Notes: a model not told the origin generated them from the sequence alone. 19,135 bases of DNA from Thermoproteota archaeon (GCA_027492035.1 JAOZFT010000021.1:1-19135); one strand, 5' to 3'. Counted from the first letter of the stretch, positions 1 through 8,314 are shown. Numbers and translations are program-made.

Positions 1-464
1 TTTCTTTGAATATTTCTAAGCCTCATTTTGTTCTGGAAGTAATGGATACTAATGGAAGCAACGTAAGAACTATTTATGATGGAGAGGATAACGTGTCAAC
101 TCCGTGTTTCCCTCCAGGCGTATACGACCCTTCCTGGAGCCCCGATGATCAATGGATAATATTTGAAAAACCTGTACATTACAACGGGGAAAATGGAGGA
201 GCGGGAGTGTGGCATATTTTCAAAATTAGGTCAGACGGAACTAATTTAATTGATTTAAGTGAATCAGGTGGACATGTAGACTGGGCTGAGTACACCCCTT
301 CATTTTCAAACAATGGGGAATTCGTTGTTTTCAGTGCTAGATACAGCCTCTTTAACTCATCCAAAGTAAATATAGATATATTTGAAATGGACAGTCGAGG
401 AGGGTTACTGAAAAAACTTACAAACAACAAGTTTTACAATGAATTCCCGATTTGGGTTAAGTAA
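1..464 (+). CDS. C-terminal fragment of a TolB-like beta-propeller (PD40/WD40-like repeat) protein. The reading frame (codon phase starting at nt 3) is open to the window edge, so the gene starts upstream of the window.
   Basis: Repeated Asp/Ser-Trp-Ser-Pro-Asp-like blocks (YDPSWSPDDQWIIF; TPSFSNNGEFVVFSA) typical of PD40 beta-propeller blades. Frame open from nt 3, stop TAA at 462-464. The TTG at 6 in the ORF track is probably not the real start. Confidence 0.5.
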   Translation, partial: SLNISKPHFVLEVMDTNGSNVRTIYDGEDNVSTPCFPPGVYDPSWSPDDQWIIFEKPVHYNGENGGAGVWHIFKIRSDGTNLIDLSESGGHVDWAEYTPSFSNNGEFVVFSARYSLFNSSKVNIDIFEMDSRGGLLKKLTNNKFYNEFPIWVK

Positions 465-491
465 ACAATTTATTGGTTTCATTAAGTGTCT

Positions 492-659
492 TTATTCTTT
501 CAAGTAAGAATTTATTTCCTTTTTTAATTCATCTATTTCTCTAAGGAATTTTTTGATAGTCCTAGGTAAATGTTCCTCCTGTGCATTGATTGCTTTAGCT
601 GCTTCCTTAAACAGTTTATTTCTCTTTTTTAGTTTCAACAACTCTTCTTTGTTTAACAT
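492..659 (-). CDS. Small basic coiled-coil-like hypothetical protein (56 aa from the ATG at 659; the ORF track extends it to a TTG at 680). It overlaps the 3' end of alaS by about 44 nt. Doubtful gene.
   Basis: Open frame MLNKEELLKLKKRNKLFKEAAKAINAQEEHLPRTIKKFLREIDELKKEINSYLKE. It is K/E-rich and lies in an A/T-homopolymer-rich region. No recognisable domain. Confidence 0.2.
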   Translation of the reverse strand: MLNKEELLKLKKRNKLFKEAAKAINAQEEHLPRTIKKFLREIDELKKEINSYLKE

Positions 660-3024
660 TTTTAGGCACCTTTTTCTCAAAAAATTTTTTCCTTAACTTC
701 CTCGCCTTTTTTCTTAGGCTCTTCCATTCCTGAAAAACATTTTTTACAGCTTCGGGGACATTTTCTTCGTTTACTTTCAAAAGTGAAGCTAGTTCCCCCA
801 GCATTTCCTCCCTTTCCCTTAATTTCTTAAGGGCTGCTTCTCCAGCACAGAACTCTACCCTAACTACACCATCTTGGATTCTTTTAGTTCTTAGGATCAT
901 TATTACACCTACTTCTCCAGTAGTTTTACAATGTGTCCCGCCACAAGCTTCCACATCTATTCCTGGAATTTCTACAATCCTTAAAGTGCTTTGAGGAACA
1001 GCTCCTCCTTGATAAATTCTGAAACCATAAGTTTCTTCAGCTTTCATTCTTGGCATCCATTTTATTTTAACAGGTAAATTAAGCTCAACTATTCTGTTAG
1101 CTTCATTCTCTATTGCTTCAACCTCGTCTTCACTTAAGGATTTGTAGTGGGTGATGTCAAGTTTTGCGTGGTCAACATCTTTGAAGGCTGAATGTTGAAA
1201 AACCCAAGAACCTAAAACTTTCCTGGCAGCTGCGTTTACTATGTGTGTTGCAGTGTGATGTTTCCTTAAAGCTTCCCTTCGTTCTTTGTCAATATTTCCA
1301 GTTACTGTTTCACCTTCCCTGAAGCTTATTTCATCAAGTTTATGAAGAATAATTTCACCTATTTTTTCAACATCTAAAACTCTGCAACCATTTATGAAAC
1401 CTGTATCATGCAGCTGCCCACCTGAAGTTGGATAAAACAAGGTTTGATTTAACACTGCGAAGCTTCTAATTATCTTTAAAACTTCTGCTTTAAATTTGTA
1501 AGAGTAAGGCTCCTCATAAAAAAGTTTTTTAGTTTCAGGCAGTCCTTCTACAGGCAAAGAAATTCTGCTTTCTTCTTTTTCAACAGGTTTCTTTCTGGTG
1601 ATTTTGAAGTAAAAGTCTTCGGGGATTTTTATGTTTGGGAAATGTTCCTTGATCAAATCTGGAGTTATTCCGTGTGATTCATAGAGTTGAATAAGTTTCT
1701 TTTCTCCTATTTCAGACTCTTCCAGTTTAGACAATGTTTCTTTAGCTCTTTCCATCATTGATTTAAATCTTTGAGTTTCAATGTTTAATATTTCGTTGAT
1801 TTCATCTAGATGTTCCTCAAGTTCAGGGAAAAGAGGCTTAAGCTGTTTAGCATGAAGTTCACAAACATCTATAAGTTCAAAATCCCACTTAAACCTTTTA
1901 ATTAAGCTTAAAGCCCTTCTAAGAATGACTCTAAGGTTGTAACCCCCACCAACATTGCTTGGAATCATTCCGTCAGTTATGGCAAAAGTCAAGGCTCTAG
2001 TGTGATCCGCCACTGCATAAAGAGCTTGTAAAGGCTCTAAATTTTCATTGAGTTCATTAATTGAAACCCCTAATTTCTTAGCTATCACAAGCTTAGCTTT
2101 CCCTACATCCTTCACTTCGTCCAGGTTAAGTACACCAGCGAGTTTCCAGTAACTTAGCAAGAGGTTATTATCAACTGAAACACCTATTACCTTCTTCAAT
2201 TTACTTAAAACAGGTTCAAAAACAACATCATAACTTGTAGGTGAACCTGAAGATATCCAAGGGAACCTTTCCAAACCAGCACCCATATCGATAACTTTAT
2301 AAGGCATAGGTTTAGAGCCTGAAGGGGTGATAAGGAACTCTGTGAAAACAGCGTTACCAAGCTCTAAACCCCTAACAAAATACTCTAAACTGTAACCGAA
2401 AGCACCAGTTCCAAGCCATAAATCCTCCACAAAAACTATTTCTTCCGGTTTAATGCCGAAAACTTGAGTGAGCAATTTATAATCTAACTCTATGCATTTT
2501 TCCTTCCAGTACCCCTCCTTACCATTGTAAAGGCTATGCTGACCAACCATAACGAAACCTGTGTAATGTTTACCTGTTAAACCAACATTTGCGACATCGT
2601 TGAAACGGAGACAAGTTTGCGGCACAATCAAGGGATTAGCTGGAAACTCAAAAATAACATTTCCGTTCTCTACACGGTAAAAATCCACAATAGAAGCGCT
2701 TGTAAAATAAAGGGGGGGATACCATCTTGCCACTACAGGGTAACGAGCTATACTTTTATGTCCATTTTCAACAAAGAATTTTTCTATAGCTTTCCAAGCT
2801 TCAACATAGCTGAATTTTTTCTTTGTAGGAGGGTTTCCGATAAATTGGTAGGGACTGCAGGGTTGATCTGGACAAATTTCTCTTTCGGAATCCAGTGTCC
2901 AAAACCCTTTACCGCATTTCTTACATGTTTTTCTTTGGAACCCTTTGTTAATTAAGAAGGCAAGTTTGTAGTATTTCTGCCACTCCTTCGAAAACCTTTT
3001 TTTGAGAAAGTCTTTAGTGATCAT
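616..3024 (-). CDS. alaS: Alanine--tRNA ligase (archaeal type), 802 aa. It appears to lack the C-terminal C-Ala/DHHA1-like domain.
   Basis: N-terminus has the archaeal-AlaRS pattern KTCKKCGKGFWTLDSEREICPDQPCSPYQFIGNP. Catalytic core motifs are present (FTSASIVDF, NPLIVPQTCLRFNDVANVG). Editing-domain His/Cys motif HTATHIV...CGGTHC is present. The ORF ends after a K-rich coiled-coil segment. Confidence 0.9.
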   Translation of the reverse strand: MITKDFLKKRFSKEWQKYYKLAFLINKGFQRKTCKKCGKGFWTLDSEREICPDQPCSPYQFIGNPPTKKKFSYVEAWKAIEKFFVENGHKSIARYPVVARWYPPLYFTSASIVDFYRVENGNVIFEFPANPLIVPQTCLRFNDVANVGLTGKHYTGFVMVGQHSLYNGKEGYWKEKCIELDYKLLTQVFGIKPEEIVFVEDLWLGTGAFGYSLEYFVRGLELGNAVFTEFLITPSGSKPMPYKVIDMGAGLERFPWISSGSPTSYDVVFEPVLSKLKKVIGVSVDNNLLLSYWKLAGVLNLDEVKDVGKAKLVIAKKLGVSINELNENLEPLQALYAVADHTRALTFAITDGMIPSNVGGGYNLRVILRRALSLIKRFKWDFELIDVCELHAKQLKPLFPELEEHLDEINEILNIETQRFKSMMERAKETLSKLEESEIGEKKLIQLYESHGITPDLIKEHFPNIKIPEDFYFKITRKKPVEKEESRISLPVEGLPETKKLFYEEPYSYKFKAEVLKIIRSFAVLNQTLFYPTSGGQLHDTGFINGCRVLDVEKIGEIILHKLDEISFREGETVTGNIDKERREALRKHHTATHIVNAAARKVLGSWVFQHSAFKDVDHAKLDITHYKSLSEDEVEAIENEANRIVELNLPVKIKWMPRMKAEETYGFRIYQGGAVPQSTLRIVEIPGIDVEACGGTHCKTTGEVGVIMILRTKRIQDGVVRVEFCAGEAALKKLREREEMLGELASLLKVNEENVPEAVKNVFQEWKSLRKKARKLRKKFFEKKVPKNVKQRRVVETKKEK

Positions 3025-3264
3025 GGTTTATTTCACCGAAACAGAAAGGATAAAAATTTTTACTTTTCCCCTTTTTAAAAGAAGAGACTGTAAAAAGTTT
3101 TAAATAAATCAGGAAATGAAAAACCTTCTTCCTTTTTCCTTTCTTCAAAGAATCCCTACTTATTCTTTAGAAAATTTATAAAAATCTCTGAATTAACCCA
3201 AACATGACGTAATAATTAAAAAGAAACAGAAAAGAAATGAAAAATATTTCAATGTACCACCATA

Positions 3265-3275
3265 AAATTTATAAG
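3265..3275 (+). promoter_or_regulatory. TATA-box-like element (AAATTTATAAG) about 80 nt upstream of the cyclase-family gene. A second copy of AAATTTATAA lies at 3173-3182.
   Basis: Archaeal TATA consensus-like TTTATA(A). The spacing allows a leader of about 50 nt carrying the GAGGTG SD. Confidence 0.3.
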
Positions 3276-3282
3276 TTAATCT

Positions 3283-3317
3283 CTTGTAAGTTCAAGGTTG
3301 TATTCACCCTTTACAAG
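3283..3317 (+). promoter_or_regulatory. 7-bp inverted repeat CTTGTAA-N21-TTACAAG between the putative TATA box and the cyclase start. Candidate operator.
   Basis: Perfect reverse-complement arms at 3283-3289 and 3311-3317. Confidence 0.2.
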
Positions 3318-3353
3318 TATTTAATGGATTAATTTGAGAGGTGTTGAGAAGAA

Positions 3354-4142
3354 ATGGTTAAGTTGTATGATTTATCTCAACCTTTAGGCATACACACGCC
3401 TTTCTGGCCTTGGTATCCCCCTTTTAAAATGTACTATTTCAAAAGGAAAGTTGAACACGGAGTGAACGCCCAAATTATTGAAAGTTCCAATCATATAGGA
3501 ACCCATCTTGATGCTCCGCGACACTTCGTAACCGGAGGAAAAACAATAGATCAAATTCCTCTTGAGGACCTTTACGGACCTGGTGTAATAGTTGATTTAA
3601 GTGATGTACTTACTGATTTAGATGTTTACACTCCGGAGATGATTGAAGAAAGGGTTGATGTACATGATGGAGATATTCTAGTGTTGCACACAGGCTGGAG
3701 TAGATATGCGTGGTGTGGTTCAGAACCTGATGAGGAACGCTATGTTTTCTTCCATCCAGGAGCCCATCCTGACATGGTGGAGTGGCTGAAGAAAAAGAAG
3801 ATAAAGCTATGGATGGTTGATGCAGTTTCTACAGATCATCCAATGGATTTACCAATAGGTAGATTTCTTGGAAAAGGAACTTTTGGAACATGCGACAAAG
3901 TACGTGCCTTGGCTGAGAAAAAATTCGGCAAGGAGGGAGTGAAAAAACTTTTCCCACCTGAAGATTACCAGTTAACCCATAACAAACTTTTCCCTTACGA
4001 CATAATCCACGCAGAAAACCTTGGAGGAGACATTGACAAACCTGAGTTGCAGAATAAACGTTTAACAATTGGTTGCTTCCCATGGAAATTTGAAGGAGGA
4101 GAAGCAGCTTTCGCACGGGTAGTAGCATTCCTTGAAGAATAA
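3354..4142 (+). CDS. Cyclase-family metal-dependent hydrolase (kynurenine formamidase / arylformamidase-like, Pfam Cyclase family).
   Basis: Signature HIGTHLDAPRHF (HxGTHxDxPxH) and the downstream LHTGWS block typical of the putative-cyclase/KynB fold. GAGAGGTG SD-like motif about 14 nt upstream of the ATG. Confidence 0.7.
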   Translation: MVKLYDLSQPLGIHTPFWPWYPPFKMYYFKRKVEHGVNAQIIESSNHIGTHLDAPRHFVTGGKTIDQIPLEDLYGPGVIVDLSDVLTDLDVYTPEMIEERVDVHDGDILVLHTGWSRYAWCGSEPDEERYVFFHPGAHPDMVEWLKKKKIKLWMVDAVSTDHPMDLPIGRFLGKGTFGTCDKVRALAEKKFGKEGVKKLFPPEDYQLTHNKLFPYDIIHAENLGGDIDKPELQNKRLTIGCFPWKFEGGEAAFARVVAFLEE

Positions 4143-4155
4143 AGAAAAACTTCTT

Positions 4156-4180
4156 CCCCCTTTTTTTCCATTACTTTTTT
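4156..4180 (+). terminator. Oligo-T archaeal-type terminator after the cyclase-family gene.
   Basis: CCCCC then T7 (4161-4167), then T6 (4175-4180), 14-40 nt past the stop codon. Confidence 0.45.
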
Positions 4181-4315
4181 ATTTCTGTAACTTGAATAAA
4201 TTAGGATCTTTTTCTAGAGGAAAGTAGGGAACAGAAGGGAAAAAGTTAAGCTTTAAAAGGGCTTTCTTTACTTATAAAAAAAATTGTTTGAAAAAATTTT
4301 CTTCAATTTCCCAGA

Positions 4316-5287
4316 ATGAAACAAGGTGAAATAGTATTGTTTAACTCCTTTACCCAAGCCCTTACTTATATTCCGTTAACGTTTAATTCTTTCCAAGCGT
4401 TTGAAGACTTCTTTACATTAATTGTTTTAGCATTAGTTGTTTTAATTCTACTTGCTTTCTTGGGGTCAGCAATAAAAGTGGTTAAGGAATATGAGAGAAT
4501 AATTGTTTTCCGTTTAGGAAGATGCATAGGTGCAAAAGGACCTGGGATAGTTTTCTTAATTCCAATAATTGACAGACCGACGAAAGTAGACTTGAGAGAA
4601 ATGTATTTGGAAGTCAGCCACCAAACATGTTTTACAAAGGACAACGCCCCCACAGACATCGACTTCCTCATTTATTTCAAAGTCGTAGACCCTACCAGAA
4701 GCGTGTTACAAGTTCAAAACTTTGAAGGAGCCGCCACAGGAATAGCTACAACCACCTTAAGAGCTGTTGTTGGAGACATCATGCTTGACGAAGTGTTAGC
4801 CAAAAGGGAACGCATTAATGAAGTGTTGAGAACTAAGCTTGATGAAGTCACTGAACGTTGGGGAGTTAAGGTTACAAGTGTTGAAATACGTGAAATCCTC
4901 CCCCCTAGAGATGTTCAAGACGCAATGGTTAGACAGATGTCGGCAGAAAGAAACAGAAGAGCAATGGTTACGGAAGCTGACGGTAAAAGAGAAGCTGCAA
5001 TACTTGTTGCACAAGGTGAAAAGGAGTCAGCCATACTCAAGGCTGAAGGTGAGAGGAAAGCAGCCATACTTAAAGCTGAAGGCTATGCAAAGGCCTTAAG
5101 AACAGTTTACGAAGCAGCCAAAGAAGTTGACCCAAAAACCATGACTATTCAATACTTTGAAACCCTGAAATCTTTGGGAGCAAGTCCCTCAACAAAGTTT
5201 ATTTTTCCAATGGAATTTGCAGAGTTACTGAAACCTGTAAAGGAATTTGCTGAAAAATCAGTTAAGAAGGAGAATAGGAAGGAGTAG
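4316..5287 (+). CDS. SPFH/band-7 (stomatin-like) membrane protein.
   Basis: N-terminal hydrophobic anchor followed by the SPFH core (RIIVFRLGRCIGAKGPGIVFLIPIIDR; TKDNAPTDIDFLIYFKVVDP; VRQMSAERNRRA) and a C-terminal Ala/Glu-rich coiled-coil repeat (AILKAEGERKAAILKAEGYAKAL). Confidence 0.8.
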   Translation: MKQGEIVLFNSFTQALTYIPLTFNSFQAFEDFFTLIVLALVVLILLAFLGSAIKVVKEYERIIVFRLGRCIGAKGPGIVFLIPIIDRPTKVDLREMYLEVSHQTCFTKDNAPTDIDFLIYFKVVDPTRSVLQVQNFEGAATGIATTTLRAVVGDIMLDEVLAKRERINEVLRTKLDEVTERWGVKVTSVEIREILPPRDVQDAMVRQMSAERNRRAMVTEADGKREAAILVAQGEKESAILKAEGERKAAILKAEGYAKALRTVYEAAKEVDPKTMTIQYFETLKSLGASPSTKFIFPMEFAELLKPVKEFAEKSVKKENRKE

Positions 5288-5573
5288 GGAGGAAAGAAAC
5301 ATTTTACAGGTTTCATGAACTTAACCTGGAACGTGTTGAAGGATCATTTTGTAATGGCTACATCCCTACAAAGTCTTCATTTTTCTTGAAAAGGATTTGT
5401 TTGACCCTTTTTTAATGAAATAATTGATCTAACTTAATTTCCTCTGGAACAAAAATAAGGAAACCGAAAAGATTCAATAGAAAGGTTTTTAAAGGAAATA
5501 AAAATTCACAGGTTCAAAAATAAAGTATACACTTGGCAAGGGAAGTAAGTGCAACCTAAAAGGTGTTAATTTA

Positions 5574-6221
5574 TTGAAGGAAACAAAAGATTTAACTGTT
5601 AACTCAGCTGACAAGTTGACTGTTAAATTATCTGGTGCAGCTGTTTTAGCTGCTTTATCAGTGATTTTCCAAGCCTTACCCCCAATTTTCTTAACACCTT
5701 GGTTTATGAGAATAGATTTAGTTGCTGTGCCGTGGGTGATTTGCTGGGTTTTATTTGGTTACCGCGCTGCTTTAATTTCAATGATAGTTAGTGTTCCTAT
5801 AGTTGGTGCATTGGGTCCTTTTGCGGGAGGTTTCGTGGGAGCCGTCATGAAAAGTTTAGCTAGTGTTTGGATGTTCACTATCCCAGCTGTTTTCACCTAT
5901 AAGTCGAATGTAAATAGGTTATTGAAAAATAAGAAAATACTTTTAGCAGCTACTGTCGCAGCCATTGTAATTAGGGATGCAGCTACAGCTATAGTGAATC
6001 TTTACTTTGCAATACCTGTCTTTTTCGGGATGACACCAAACCAAGTAATAGATTTCTTCACAAACCCTAGGTTTCAAAGTTTTTTAGGCAAACAACTTGG
6101 TTTAATCGGTTTCACAGCTTACTTTGCAGAAGTTTTCTTCTGGAATACCGTCCAAGGGGTAATAGATATTTATTTGGGTTTAACTTTAGCCGTAATGGTT
6201 AAGAAAAGACTAAAGACGTAA
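5574..6221 (+). CDS. Small polytopic membrane protein (5-6 predicted TM helices), possibly a substrate-capture (S) component of an ECF-type vitamin transporter. The family assignment is tentative.
   Basis: 215 aa, alternating hydrophobic helices, Gly-rich helix (PIVGALGPFAGGFVGAVMK), size and topology resemble ECF S-components. Start is TTG at 5574 or an internal ATG. No adjacent EcfA/EcfT genes. Confidence 0.4.
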   Translation: MKETKDLTVNSADKLTVKLSGAAVLAALSVIFQALPPIFLTPWFMRIDLVAVPWVICWVLFGYRAALISMIVSVPIVGALGPFAGGFVGAVMKSLASVWMFTIPAVFTYKSNVNRLLKNKKILLAATVAAIVIRDAATAIVNLYFAIPVFFGMTPNQVIDFFTNPRFQSFLGKQLGLIGFTAYFAEVFFWNTVQGVIDIYLGLTLAVMVKKRLKT

Positions 6222-6372
6222 CAGTTCCTCTACTTATGGGGGAAGAGTAGATTACCTACTTCTTCAAAAACTGCTTCAAAACCTTTCACGAATTCACCTT
6301 TTCCTAAAATCCTTTAAAATACAAGGGTTCCTTCATTTTTATAAAGCTTGATAATGAAGTGCAGAAGTTCAT

Positions 6373-6398
6373 GAACCTTACTATATTTAAACAGAGTA
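6373..6398 (+). repeat. Perfect tandem duplication of the 13-mer TATTTAAACAGAG (x2) in a 330-bp convergent intergenic region.
   Basis: The 13-mers at 6373-6385 and 6386-6398 are identical. Each contains the TATA-like TATTTAAA. Confidence 0.6.
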
Positions 6399-6475
6399 TT
6401 TAAACAGAGGATCCGCTTTATAAGCCTCAATAACTTTTACTTCGCACATTTACTAAACATCCTTCGTTCTCCTTT

Positions 6476-6486
6476 CCTAAAAAAAG
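6476..6486 (-). terminator. Oligo-T run (T7 on the minus strand) about 70 nt downstream of the 6555..8147 membrane-protein gene.
   Basis: Plus-strand ccTAAAAAAAGt corresponds to a T7 tract on the coding strand of the upstream minus-strand gene. Confidence 0.4.
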
Positions 6487-6554
6487 TATTTTGAAACAAA
6501 AACCTTTTAGACATTTATTCAGGAGATAACCTAATTACCAGAAAAGTATTGGTT

Positions 6555-8147
6555 TTAAAGAGGGCTTAATAGTAAAGCTTTCATTGTTAAAGCTGGTGTA
6601 ATGAAGGCTTCAATGAACGCTGCTATACAGTAAAGCACCAAAACCCCAACTACCGCAGGAAGCAAATCTTCTATGAGAGAAGATGCCTTTTCTAGGCTGC
6701 TTTTCCCTTTAATCAATTTCAAAGTTTCTAAACTTAAAACTAAGCCTTGACCTGCTGTAATAATGAATACAGGTATTTCAATTACTCCGTGGGGTAATAT
6801 ACTTATTAAAAGGTATTTGCCGGTTACCCCCTTCAAGAAACCTAAAACAGCCCCCACTATGTAACCATTGATGAAGATCCCCATAAATTGAGTTATAAAG
6901 GGTATGAAACCTGAAAAAATTAACCCTATACTTGTTTGCCAGTTTTGGAACCAGATTCCTACGAAGAAGTTTGGAAATCGGGGAAGGGTAAATTTCCCAG
7001 GTAAATTTTTGATTTCTAATTTTTCAAGAGCTTCCGAAAACAAGTTCGCGTATTTGTTTGCGAAGTCTAAACCTGAAGAGAAACCTAAGAAATAAGAAAT
7101 AACAAGGGTTATGGAGAGCAGAATCAACCAATACCTAGCCTTCTTTGCAAATGAAACAAACTTGACAAACCCAGTTTTCACTCCGTTAACTGACCAGTTT
7201 AACCAATTCATTTCCGAAACAGGTTCAAAACCAATTTCTTCATTGCGAAGCTTCATATAGACCCCTGTTTTTGTACCCATGAGTAGAGGGTTTATTAGGA
7301 AAAGATTAAAGGCTCTGGTGAAAGTTGAACCAAAAACACCTAAGAAATTTAAAATAAACCCTAAAATAATTACTATCACATCTAACAAAACAACCAAGGC
7401 GCAGTAGCTGAAAGTTACTTTGAAATTTTTTAAAGAAAGAGAAACAGCTTTTTTAAAGGCTGTAAACAAATCTATGTCTTCAACAGAAATCAACGGGTAA
7501 ACATAAACCAAGAAGAAACTTAAAAAAATAAAGGAGACCCCAGTTAGAGACAAATACAGGGATAAATTGAAAACCTGAATTATTAAAGCTTTAATATTTA
7601 AGGGGGAGATTTCTCTAAATATTGAAGGCAAGGACTCAACTGTCAGAATTATTAAAAAAAAGAGGAATGGAAGAAAGTAAACGAAAGTAACTGCTAAAGA
7701 TTTCCACCACTTCCCTTTAATATTTTCCAAGCCAAACTTTACTGAAAAATTATTTGTTTTTAAACCCTCATAAAACATCGAGAAACCCACAACCATACAT
7801 AAGGCGGTACCTAACAAGTAGAAGAAGAGGTAAAATGTAAAGGAGAAGATAGCTGAAGGTGAATAAATTACTCTTTCAACAAATAAACTCAAGTTATTTA
7901 TAGGATTCTTTAATAAAGATTTGAAAAGAAAAGAAAGTTCTTTATTATAAACTAAATTGTTAACCAAATTCATTAGAAACAGCATGGGAATTAAACTTCC
8001 AAGGGAAGCAAAGCCAACATATAAGAAGTAAGGAAAAACTATAACTGGCTTACTGTAAAAAACTTTAAGCGACAATTTCAACAAATCAAAGACACGTATT
8101 TCTTCTTTTTCATCACCAATCAATTTATTATGGGGAAACTTTTCCAA
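6555..8147 (-). CDS. 530-aa polytopic membrane protein whose C-terminal ~170 aa resemble the SpoIIM/DUF95 family. The N-terminal ~350 aa is an unrecognised multi-TM module.
   Basis: About 12-14 hydrophobic helices. The C-terminal block LISILPHGVIEIPVFIITAGQGLVL carries the PHG-x-x-E-hPh motif characteristic of DUF95/SpoIIM. The only in-frame start is the TTG at 8145-8147, preceded by GGAAGG. An oligo-T run on the coding strand lies about 70 nt past the stop. Confidence 0.55.
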   Translation of the reverse strand: MEKFPHNKLIGDEKEEIRVFDLLKLSLKVFYSKPVIVFPYFLYVGFASLGSLIPMLFLMNLVNNLVYNKELSFLFKSLLKNPINNLSLFVERVIYSPSAIFSFTFYLFFYLLGTALCMVVGFSMFYEGLKTNNFSVKFGLENIKGKWWKSLAVTFVYFLPFLFFLIILTVESLPSIFREISPLNIKALIIQVFNLSLYLSLTGVSFIFLSFFLVYVYPLISVEDIDLFTAFKKAVSLSLKNFKVTFSYCALVVLLDVIVIILGFILNFLGVFGSTFTRAFNLFLINPLLMGTKTGVYMKLRNEEIGFEPVSEMNWLNWSVNGVKTGFVKFVSFAKKARYWLILLSITLVISYFLGFSSGLDFANKYANLFSEALEKLEIKNLPGKFTLPRFPNFFVGIWFQNWQTSIGLIFSGFIPFITQFMGIFINGYIVGAVLGFLKGVTGKYLLISILPHGVIEIPVFIITAGQGLVLSLETLKLIKGKSSLEKASSLIEDLLPAVVGVLVLYCIAAFIEAFITPALTMKALLLSPL

Positions 8148-8263
8148 CTGCCGCCTTCCCTCTTTTCCACATAAATTAAAAAGTACATTTCCTTAGGAAC
8201 CAGGGAATCTTTAAATTTACTTATTTTCATTTAACACATTTAAAAAGATTGAGGATTCAGAGG

Positions 8264-8285
8264 AAACCCTTTTTTGTAAGGGTTT
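8264..8285 (+). promoter_or_regulatory. 8-bp inverted repeat AAACCCTT-ttttgt-AAGGGTTT in the divergent promoter region, 30 nt upstream of the nnr ATG. Operator-like palindrome.
   Basis: Perfect arms at 8264-8271 and 8278-8285. It sits between the TTTAAAAAG TATA-like element (8240-8248) and the nnr SD. Confidence 0.3.
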
Positions 8286-8314
8286 AAGAAGTTACAGGGA
8301 AGGTGTAGCTTGTT

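Noticed and set aside
179-430. 83-aa minus-strand ORF inside the beta-propeller fragment.
   Set aside because: Antisense to a repeat-containing coding frame. No start context. Judged spurious.
616-680. Frameshift fusion of alaS with the 62-aa ORF to restore a longer AlaRS.
   Set aside because: Even if fused, the added ~55 aa are coiled-coil K/E-rich and cannot constitute the ~150-aa C-Ala domain. Only 27 nt separate it from the convergent upstream gene. More likely a naturally short AlaRS.
2617-2955. 112-aa plus-strand ORF inside alaS.
   Set aside because: Antisense shadow ORF of a strongly supported gene. The product is low-complexity and there is no SD.
3829-5099. Antisense or overlapping ORFs 3829..4128(-), 4366..4671(-), 4796..5014(-) and 4839..5099(+) within the cyclase and stomatin genes.
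   Set aside because: All lie fully within confidently assigned CDSs on the other strand or frame. Their translations are Cys/Leu-rich nonsense and are typical shadow ORFs.
5288-5573. Possible TPP or other riboswitch upstream of the ECF-S-like membrane protein (ACCTGGA ... GCTACATCCCTAC resembles part of the thi-box).
   Set aside because: The invariant CUGAGA element and the pairing partners are absent. The resemblance is limited to a few nucleotides.
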